From positions 32,001 through 96,000 of IMG/VR virus record IMGVR_UViG_3300014158_000003: DNA of 64,000 nucleotides; one strand, given 5' to 3'. Positions 39,124-46,410 of the stretch are shown here, piece after piece. The stretch's first letter is position 1, and each line of letters begins with the position of its first letter. The translations under genes were made by a program, and so were the position numbers. This DNA is from a virus. A model generated the notes under the pieces. The model had not been told where the DNA came from and ran no database searches. It was given only the letters and a program-made list of their open reading frames with translations.

Positions 39124-39208
39124 GGAAGAGGAACCGCGCGGGGCGCGGGCCGGTTTGCTAAACCGCGCGGCGGCATGAGCCGCTCTGGGTCGGGACCAGT
39201 CTCTTCCT
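39124..39208 (+). tRNA. tRNA-Ser(GCT)
   Basis: Loop ttGCTaa; long variable arm. Confidence 0.78.
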
Positions 39209-39219
39209 CCGTTGCGTCG

Positions 39220-39302
39220 TGCCTCGAGCGGGACTCGAACCCGCAAGCTCCGAAGAGCGGCGATTTTTAGGACCGCCTGGTCTACCGTTCCTCCACCGAG
39301 GC
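39220..39302 (-). tRNA. tRNA-Leu(TAA)
   Basis: Loop ccTAAaa; long variable arm. Confidence 0.85.
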
Positions 39303-39307
39303 CCTCG

Positions 39308-39388
39308 TACTCCGGGCGCGAGTCGAACGCGCATGCCTTGCGGCACCCGATCTTGAATCGGGCGTGGATACCGTTTCACCACCGGAGC
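39308..39388 (-). tRNA. tRNA-Leu(CAA)
   Basis: cccga ttCAAga tcggg. Confidence 0.9.
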
Positions 39389-39398
39389 ATTCACTTCG

Positions 39399-39481
39399 TA
39401 CGCGGGGAGGGAGTTGAACCCTCACGCCCTCTCGGGCACGACCACCTCAAGGTCGCGTGACTGCCATTCCACCACCCGCGT
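39399..39481 (-). tRNA. tRNA-Leu(GAG)
   Basis: cgacc ttGAGgt ggtcg. Confidence 0.9.
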
Positions 39482-39554
39482 GGGTAGTGGGTCAGTTTGA
39501 GTTTCGCGTCATGACGCGCTTGCGTGACCGGTCAAGCATGGTCAAGCTCGCGGC

Positions 39555-39872
39555 ATGGCGATTCTACGTGAGCGTGTGGCGTGGTCGAAGCCGAGGGCTA
39601 GGCGTGGTCCGGACCTGAGCCCAGACGAACAGAAGGCGGTCAAGAAGGCTCTTGCGTTCCTCGCCAAGCGCCACGGCTCCCTCGTGAAGCTGTCCGCCGC
39701 GATGGGCCTGAAGCCAGACGCGGTCGTCCATGCGGCCAGAGAGCGCGGGAGCGTTACGGCGGGCGTCGCGCTCCGGGCTGCTCGCGCTGCCGGAGTGCCT
39801 CTGGAAGACCTCCTAGCCGGCCGGTGGCCCGAGGCTGGCACTTGCCCTCTCTGCGGCCGGAAGGCAGGATGA
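39555..39872 (+). CDS. XRE-like HTH protein
   Basis: SLVKLSAAMGL..VTAGVALRAARAAGVPLEDLL; terminal CPLC. Confidence 0.7.
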   Translation: MAILRERVAWSKPRARRGPDLSPDEQKAVKKALAFLAKRHGSLVKLSAAMGLKPDAVVHAARERGSVTAGVALRAARAAGVPLEDLLAGRWPEAGTCPLCGRKAG

Positions 39873-39876
39873 AGGC

Positions 39877-40143
39877 GTGCCTAAGCGGTCAAGCAAGAGC
39901 CCGAAACGCCCGACGGACGTGAACTCGCTGGCGGCGTCGATCGTCGCGGCGGCAACCGACGAGACGCCCCCGGAAGAGAAGGCCGAGCCGACACCCGAGG
40001 AACTGGCGCACGCGGCGGCCGTGGCCCTCGGAAGGCTCGGTGGATTGAAGGGCGGAAGAGCGCGAGCGGAGAGTCTGTCGAAGAAGAAACGTAGTGACAT
40101 CGCCAAGAAAGCGGCGAAGGCGAGGTGGAGCGCAAAGCCGTGA
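39877..40143 (+). CDS. small basic protein of the kind often found beside IS1-like transposases
   Basis: KRPTDVNSLA..AAVALGRLGGLKGGRARAESLS..AKKAAKARW. Confidence 0.8.
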   Translation: MPKRSSKSPKRPTDVNSLAASIVAAATDETPPEEKAEPTPEELAHAAAVALGRLGGLKGGRARAESLSKKKRSDIAKKAAKARWSAKP

Positions 40144-40170
40144 CGCGTTCGCGATTGACGAGCCGGACCG

Positions 40171-41172
40171 TTGCGTGATCGCATGCATCGTCAAATGCCT
40201 GAGGACGAAAAAAAGCCGCCGTACATCAAGCAGCCGGCCAAGGACGATCAGCGTCCATTTCAGCGCGTGCTGAGCGAGCACGATCTATTTGCTTCGCAGC
40301 GATTGACCCGGCGTGGCCTGCTTCAAAAAATCGAGGCCGAGACGACCGGTGAGAGGTCCGCCACCATCGGCTTCATTGGCCGCGGCGCGATCGATCCCAG
40401 AGACATCACGGCCTTTGGCGATGTCCTGATGTCGGTCGGTGATGTCGATGTCCTCAACCTGATCATCGATAGTCCTGGCGGCGACGGTTCTACGGCGGAG
40501 AAACTGATCGAACTGTGCCGCGCCTACTGCAAGACTTTCCGGGTAATGATCCCTAACCGCGCAAAGAGTGCGGGCACGATCATCGCGCTCGGCGCCGATG
40601 AGATCGTGATGGGGCACTGCTCCGAATTGGGTCCAATCGACGCGCAGGTGCCTGTGATCGTGGGCGAGATCCCTCGATACATCTCGGCACAGTCGTTTAT
40701 CGACGCTCAGTTGGATCTACAGGCTGAATTTGCAAAGCGCATCGCCGCGAATGGAAAGGCGGACGTGCGCGACATCCTGCAACAACTTGCCGCGCTCAAC
40801 CTGCCGTTTATTGACCACTGCAAGAAACTCATGGGCTTCTCGCGTGACGTTGCAGAGAAGAATCTGGCCGCGCACATGTTTCGGGATGTTCAGCCCGATG
40901 CCGAGCGCAACCAAAAGGTTGCAAAGGTCATCAAGGGGCTCTCGCATCCAGAGAACTTTCAGGTGCACTCGCGAATGATCGACGGCAACACGGCCAAAAC
41001 CAAGCTGGGGCTAAATGTGCGGCTTCTCGGCAAAGACGACGAACTGTGGGCCGCGATCTGGCAGTACTACATTCGCGCGGACGTTTTTCTCTCGGGCGCC
41101 CACGGCCCCGGGGCGTCTAAGCTGGTCGAATCACGGGTGGAGAGCCTACATCTAACGGCGGAACTGGAATGA
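40171..41172 (+). CDS. ClpP/SppA-class serine protease (SDH-like); start uncertain
   Basis: IIDSPGGDG..AKSAGTIIALGADEIVMG..SELGPIDAQ. Confidence 0.85.
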   Translation: MRDRMHRQMPEDEKKPPYIKQPAKDDQRPFQRVLSEHDLFASQRLTRRGLLQKIEAETTGERSATIGFIGRGAIDPRDITAFGDVLMSVGDVDVLNLIIDSPGGDGSTAEKLIELCRAYCKTFRVMIPNRAKSAGTIIALGADEIVMGHCSELGPIDAQVPVIVGEIPRYISAQSFIDAQLDLQAEFAKRIAANGKADVRDILQQLAALNLPFIDHCKKLMGFSRDVAEKNLAAHMFRDVQPDAERNQKVAKVIKGLSHPENFQVHSRMIDGNTAKTKLGLNVRLLGKDDELWAAIWQYYIRADVFLSGAHGPGASKLVESRVESLHLTAELE

Positions 41173-41411
41173 CTATTGCTACGCGAGAGGGGACCATGAA
41201 CCGACCGACCGATAACCAGAATCCGGATGGCCACAGCTCCGAGGTCAGTCAGGCGCTGGAACTGTTCAACAGTACAGATGCAGCGCGGGACGCCGCTACA
41301 GCTCTGGAGGTGATGCGCTTGGCTGGTGCTAGCCGACGTGCGCGCACAGAACGCCGGTTCAGTCTGTCCATCAGTGGCGGGTATGTTCGATGCGAGGACG
41401 ACGGCGCTTAA
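41169..41411 (+). CDS. small hypothetical protein
   Basis: ATGA overlap with the protease gene. Confidence 0.45.
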   Translation: MTIATREGTMNRPTDNQNPDGHSSEVSQALELFNSTDAARDAATALEVMRLAGASRRARTERRFSLSISGGYVRCEDDGA

Positions 41412-41528
41412 AGTCGCTGTTGACAATTTGTCGCTGTCGATGACCCTACAGGGGCAATGCAGTCACGATGACAGTCAAAGTGAACCGGATGCTTGACTGA
41501 GCCTCAACGGTCAAGCATACTGTCCAGT

Positions 41529-42401
41529 ATGAACACGCTGGACGCCGCCACCCGCACCCGCATCGTCTCGGCCCTGGTCGAGGGGAACTCGATCCGCGCG
41601 ACGTGCCGCATGACCGGCGCGGCGAAGGGCACCGTCTTGAAGCTCCTGGCGGACCTCGGCGCCGCCTGCCGCGCGTACCACGACGCGAACGTGCGCGGCC
41701 TGCACTGCAAGCGGCTCCAGTGCGACGAGATCTGGTCCTTCTGCGGCGCCAAGGACAAGAATGTCCTGCCCGACGAGGAAGGCTTCGGGCGCGGCTCGAT
41801 CTGGACGTGGACCGCGCTCGACGCGGACACGAAGCTGATCGCCGGCTACCACATCGGCACGCGCGACGCTGGCTGCGCCTACGAGTTCATGACCGACCTC
41901 GCGTCACGCATCGAGACGCGCGTGCAGCTCACGACCGACGGACACAAGGCGTACATCAACGCGGTCGCCGACGCGTTCGGGCCGTCGAATATCGACTACG
42001 CGATGCTCGTGAAGCTGTTTGGCGAGACGCCGGCCGGCGCAGGTCGCTACAGCCCGCCCGCGTGCATCGGGATCGAGATGCGCCCGATCATGGGCGAGCC
42101 GGACATGGAGCACGTGTCGACCTCGTACGTCGAACGCCAGAACCTCACGATGCGGATGTCGATGCGCCGGTTCACGCGGCTCACGAACGCGTTCTCGAAG
42201 AAGTGCGAGAACCTCGCGCACGCGGTCGCGCTCCACTTCATGCATTACAACTTCTGCCGCGTGCACCAGACGCTCCGCGTGACGCCGGCCATGGCCGCGG
42301 GGCTCACGGATCATGTGTGGGAGATCGGCGAATTGATCGCGCTCATGCCGAAGCCGGTCGCGAAGCCGTGGGGGAGCGTGAAGCGCGCGGCGGTCGCCTG
42401 A
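41529..42401 (+). CDS. IS1-family DDE transposase
   Basis: N-terminal HTH; LQCDEIWSF, LTTDG, VERQNLTMR, HYNF. Confidence 0.92.
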   Translation: MNTLDAATRTRIVSALVEGNSIRATCRMTGAAKGTVLKLLADLGAACRAYHDANVRGLHCKRLQCDEIWSFCGAKDKNVLPDEEGFGRGSIWTWTALDADTKLIAGYHIGTRDAGCAYEFMTDLASRIETRVQLTTDGHKAYINAVADAFGPSNIDYAMLVKLFGETPAGAGRYSPPACIGIEMRPIMGEPDMEHVSTSYVERQNLTMRMSMRRFTRLTNAFSKKCENLAHAVALHFMHYNFCRVHQTLRVTPAMAAGLTDHVWEIGELIALMPKPVAKPWGSVKRAAVA

Positions 42402-42405
42402 TCGG

Positions 42406-42798
42406 TCAACGCTGCGGCACCTTTGCCTTGAAGCCTCGCGGGGTGAATTGCGAACGGTGGAGCCCGATCCGCATCCTAGATAGGAGCGCGTCTGCAATGC
42501 ACGTCTGTTTGCGGCCTGGTTGCAACGTATCGGTGTCCCCGGCCTCTACCTCTCGAAGGCCTCGGTAGAACACGTAGCTTTCGTGGGTGATGAACGGGTG
42601 CGCGTCCGGATCGCCGGGGCGAAGGATGCACGAGCGGTCCACGAACCTATCCACCGTCGTGACGTTCACGATCGTGGCGCACACCGCGAGCGAATAGTCG
42701 GGCGTGTAGACAGCCAGGACGACCCACAGGTGATCGACGACCGCCGTCTTCGACGGGTTGAGCAGAAACGCATCCCCCGCCTCGACGGTTCCCCTCAC
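42406..42798 (-). CDS. putative toxin (PemK/MazF-like) paired with the Panacea antitoxin
   Basis: GDAFL..HLWVVL..VNVTT..HPFITHESYV; coupled to the upstream antitoxin. Confidence 0.55.
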   Translation of the reverse strand: MRGTVEAGDAFLLNPSKTAVVDHLWVVLAVYTPDYSLAVCATIVNVTTVDRFVDRSCILRPGDPDAHPFITHESYVFYRGLREVEAGDTDTLQPGRKQTCIADALLSRMRIGLHRSQFTPRGFKAKVPQR

Positions 42799-43376
42799 GA
42801 CGAATGGATCAACCTATCGACTGCTGCGAGATACTTTGCGCGCTTGGCGCGATCGCTGATTGCTTCGTCGTTCTCGCCGACCGCGCGGAGAATGTCAGCG
42901 GCCGGCAATGGTGCAACCTTCGCGGGCTTGGGGTGCTTCCACTCCGGAAGCCCGTGGACCACGTCGATCAGATGCGTGTATGAAACACGCTTATACTTCT
43001 TCGCGAGATCTGTCAGAACGCCGACGTCGTAATCCGAAAGCTGATCGTCGCCCGGGTCCTCTACAAGCTCGACGTTGTAGCCTTGGGTGCGGATGCAGTG
43101 GTCCCAAAGACTGTCGGCGACCTCGACCTCCCCCTTGATGCAGTTGTAGACCTCACTCAGAACAGGCCCGTTCGCCATGGACACGAACGTAGAGCCGGTG
43201 ATCGGCTGACCGGTCTCGATCAGCGATTGCCTGTCGGCGAGGTACAGCTCCTTCAGGATGGACGTGTAGTTCTCGGTACCACCAGCCTCGCGCAGGAGAA
43301 CGGCAGCAGCTTGCACGGCTCGACGTTCGTCAAACCGGAACCTGAGTTCGCCCCCCGCTTCCAATAGCATCGTCAA
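42795..43376 (-). CDS. Panacea/DUF4065 (SocA-like) antitoxin
   Basis: LKELYLADR..GQPITG..GPVLSEVYN..HGLPEW. Confidence 0.85.
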   Translation of the reverse strand: MTMLLEAGGELRFRFDERRAVQAAAVLLREAGGTENYTSILKELYLADRQSLIETGQPITGSTFVSMANGPVLSEVYNCIKGEVEVADSLWDHCIRTQGYNVELVEDPGDDQLSDYDVGVLTDLAKKYKRVSYTHLIDVVHGLPEWKHPKPAKVAPLPAADILRAVGENDEAISDRAKRAKYLAAVDRLIHSS

Positions 43377-43511
43377 CCACCATCTACCGATCCGCGCCTG
43401 CCCACGCGTTCAGGCTAACGCTAACGTATGACATCTGCAAGCCTCAATGCTTGAGCGGTCACGCAACGCGCCGCGTCAGCCCAACTCAAACTGACCCACT
43501 ACCCCCGCGTG

Positions 43512-43579
43512 TCCGGGCCGAGGGGATCGAACCCTCTTCGCCGGATTCAAAATCCGGCTCCCCACCATGGGTGGCCCGA
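43512..43579 (-). tRNA. tRNA-Gln(TTG)
   Basis: ccgga ttTTGaa tccgg; short D-arm. Confidence 0.8.
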
Positions 43580-43580
43580 G

Positions 43581-43663
43581 TGCGTTGGGAGGGAGTTGAA
43601 CCCTCACGACCTTGCGGTCACTGCGGTCTGAACGCAGCGCGGATACCGTTTCGCCACCAACGC
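43581..43663 (-). tRNA. tRNA-Leu(CAG)
   Basis: ctgcg ttCAGac cgcag; long variable arm. Confidence 0.9.
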
Positions 43664-43684
43664 GCGTGACTCTGTCACCAGCCC

Positions 43685-43735
43685 CTATAAGGGCAGGACA
43701 AGACGCAAGCGTTGCGATAGGCGGAACGTGTGCAC
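43685..43735 (-). CDS. putative Leu/Gln-sensing leader peptide MHTFRLSQRLRLVLPL
   Basis: GTG CAC ACG TTC CGC CTA TCG CAA CGC TTG CGT CTT GTC CTG CCC TTA TAG, ending 21 nt before tRNA-Leu(CAG). Confidence 0.65.
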   Translation of the reverse strand: MHTFRLSQRLRLVLPL

Positions 43736-43775
43736 GACGGGGATAACACTGACACGTCTCCGAGCAGCGCGCAAG

Positions 43776-44129
43776 CTACGCCCCCTCGATCGCGCCCCCG
43801 CGGACGTGGAAGTGCGCGCCGCACCCATCCCCGGTGAGCCGGACGCTCGACGAGCCGGCGACGAGCGTCAGGTCGTCGAGGCTCGTTCCCACAAATTCCC
43901 ACCGGCCCGGCTTCGGGTCAACGTCGGGCGGCACGCGCGGGCGCCAGCAGATGACCGCGTGCGTGCCGACTCGGCCGCCGTTGGCCTCGAAACACTTGGG
44001 GCAGTAGAAACACACCCCGTCGGCGTCCTCGATGCGGTCGACGACGCGGTGGCCCTCGCCGCCGTCGACGACCTCGCGGCGGATGAACCCGAAGCAGTCG
44101 TCGGCGTCGACGAGGTCGCGGAGCCTCAC
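43776..44129 (-). CDS. small Cys/His metal-binding protein
   Basis: FYCPKC..H..CGAHFHVRGG. Confidence 0.7.
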   Translation of the reverse strand: MRLRDLVDADDCFGFIRREVVDGGEGHRVVDRIEDADGVCFYCPKCFEANGGRVGTHAVICWRPRVPPDVDPKPGRWEFVGTSLDDLTLVAGSSSVRLTGDGCGAHFHVRGGAIEGA

Positions 44130-44374
44130 TCGTCGGCCTCCAGCTTGTCGAGTCGCGCGATCTGGTCGCACAGTCGCCTGCGCGCGCAGCGCCAGGAGCA
44201 GGCGTCGAAGTGCTCGCTCGCCGACGCGCGCTCTCCAGACCGACCGTCCGCAACCGACAGCATCACGATGAGGCCGTTCGTGTTGCGCGGGGAGGTCACC
44301 GCGATGGAGTTCCCGCAGACCGCGCACGCAATCGGCTCGGCCTCGCGAGCGACGGGGGACCCCTTGCGCCTCAT
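44126..44374 (-). CDS. small zinc-finger protein
   Basis: CAVC..CSWRC; overlapping start/stop junctions. Confidence 0.6.
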   Translation of the reverse strand: MRRKGSPVAREAEPIACAVCGNSIAVTSPRNTNGLIVMLSVADGRSGERASASEHFDACSWRCARRRLCDQIARLDKLEADE

Positions 44375-44781
44375 CGCGCCTTTGGGCGCCTCGCCAGCCC
44401 CTCGCGCACCCCCTGCGTCACGAGCGTGAGCTCCTTCGGGCTCAGCGTGGCGCACGTCGCGATGAGCCTGGTGACCGTGCGCGCGCTCACGGCCGTCCCG
44501 GCGCGCTCCGGGTGGGGCGCCACCGGCGGCAGCTTGGGTAGCGGAGGCAGCTTGGTCTCGTCGATCTTGCCCGCGGCGTCGTGGGGCACGCTCACCTTGA
44601 GCGTGCCCTTCGCGATCCCGGCGCGCACGCCGGCCGTGACGGCCGCGAGCTCCGGGTCGTTGAGCGAGAGCGCCATCGCGACGCAGTGGGCGACGAGCGC
44701 GAGGTCGGGGTCCACGCGGGCGGTCTTCTTCTTCGCGCGGATCGCTTCCCGGAAGGCGGTGACGGCGGCGGATTCGGGCAT
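44371..44781 (-). CDS. hypothetical protein
   Basis: MPESAAVTAFREAIR...; ATGA coupling. Confidence 0.6.
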   Translation of the reverse strand: MPESAAVTAFREAIRAKKKTARVDPDLALVAHCVAMALSLNDPELAAVTAGVRAGIAKGTLKVSVPHDAAGKIDETKLPPLPKLPPVAPHPERAGTAVSARTVTRLIATCATLSPKELTLVTQGVREGLARRPKAR

Positions 44782-44816
44782 GCCTGGGAGGGTAGCACCG
44801 TGCACAGCCGCCCGCA

Positions 44817-46312
44817 GTCGGCACTTGCCCGAGGCGCCGCGATGCCGTAGCCACACGGGAAAGGAAGAAATACTCCGACGCCTCTACCCTAGCCGCGATC
44901 TCCGAGGCGCCGCGGTGCCGCAACCATCTGCAGAGCATGAGTGCTGTTCCGGCACCGGAGATCGGGCCGCGATCTCCGAGGCGTCGCGGTGCCGTAGTCA
45001 CACCAGCCTGTGACCATGGAGCAGTAGTCGGCGTAGTCGCGATCTTCGAGGCGCCGCGATGCCGCGATACCCGTCCGTCCTCGCGAGTTCAGTAGGTCGC
45101 GGTCTCACGAGGCTCCGCGATGCCATCATCAACCATCCAGGCCGCCACGGTGCGAGCAGGTCGCGGTCTCAGAGGCGTCGCGATGCCATAGCCACGGCAC
45201 GGGCGCATCGGTCGTCCGTGTGGTTGATCAGGTCGCGATCTCCGAGGCGCCGCGATGCCGTAGCCACGAGAGCGAGGTCGACCACTTCGACTCGTGGCTC
45301 CAAGTCGCGATCTCCGAGGCGCCGCGATGCCATAGCCACCCGATCGACGGGTACAAAACTCGCTCGTCCCACTTGGTCGCGATCTCCGAGGCGCCGCGAT
45401 GCCGTAGCCACACGGGAAAGGAAGAAATCCTCCGACGCCTCTACCCTAGCCGCGATCTAAGAGGCGCCGCGGTGCGGCAGCCATCTGCAGATCACGAATC
45501 AACTCACTCCCGGTCGCGATCTTATAGGCGCCGCGATGCCGTAACTACGGGCGCGCCTTGCAGGTCATGACCTGCATCATGCACCGAGCCGCGATCTCCG
45601 AGGCGCCGCGATGCCGTAGCCACTTCGCCGCGCTCGTCGAGACGACGCTCGGCCGGAGCGTGTCGCGATCTCCGAGGCGCCGCGATGCCGTAGCCACAGG
45701 ATCTGCACGCGCGCGCCACGACCCAGCGAAGTCGCGATCTCCGAGGCGCCCCCCGCGCACCCAAATAACCCGCACGCGCCCGTCATTCGTCGACTCTCCT
45801 CTTCGGTGGTGGTCTCTTCGGTAAGTTCTGCAGGACCGCCGGGTCGCGATCTCCGAGGCGCCGCGATGCCGTAGCCACTCGTCACCCATCGCATCAGCCA
45901 CCTGATGCGCCGTGTCGCGATCTCCGAGGCGCCGCGATGCCGTAGCCACCGGCATTGCGATTGAAGCACGCGACCGACTACACGGTGTCGCGATCTCCGA
46001 GGCGCCGCGATGCCGTAGCCACGAGAGCGAGGTCGACCACTTCGATTCGTGGCTCCAAGTCGCGATCTCCGAGGCGCCGCGATGCCGTAGCCACGTCGTC
46101 GGGGGCATCAGGATGGCCAGCGAGGACGCGTCGCGATCTCCGAGGCGCCGCGATGCCGTAGCCACCGGATCTGCGGCTGGCCCGGCGACTGTTCGCTCAC
46201 CGGGTCGCGATCTCCGAGGCGCCGCGATGCCGTAGCCACGTCGGGATACGACGGTCGACGTTGTGGCGATCAGATTGTCGCGATCTCCGAGGCGCCGCGA
46301 TGCCGTAGCCAC
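44817..46312 (-). CRISPR. CRISPR array, about 21 repeats, consensus GTGGCTACGGCATCGCGGCGCCTCGGAGATCGCGAC (36 bp)
   Basis: Spacers mostly 33-39 bp; repeats perfect near cas12 and degenerate toward 44817; duplicated spacers; one 92-bp insert. Confidence 0.97.
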
Positions 46313-46410
46313 AGGTGGCCGAAAAACGTTCCGATTTTCAAAGACCTGCGCGGCCGCCTGCGAGCGCCGCCCCGATCGGGTAGCCGACCCGGGCGCGACC
46401 TGCCAGTTGA

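Larger units (their letters stand above)
39483..43503. mobile_element. IS1-family transposon carrying passenger genes (4021 bp)
   Basis: Perfect 21-bp terminal IRs GGTAGTGGGTCAGTTTGAGTT; 8-bp TSD CCCGCGTG at 39475-39482 and 43504-43511; internal DDE transposase. Confidence 0.93.
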
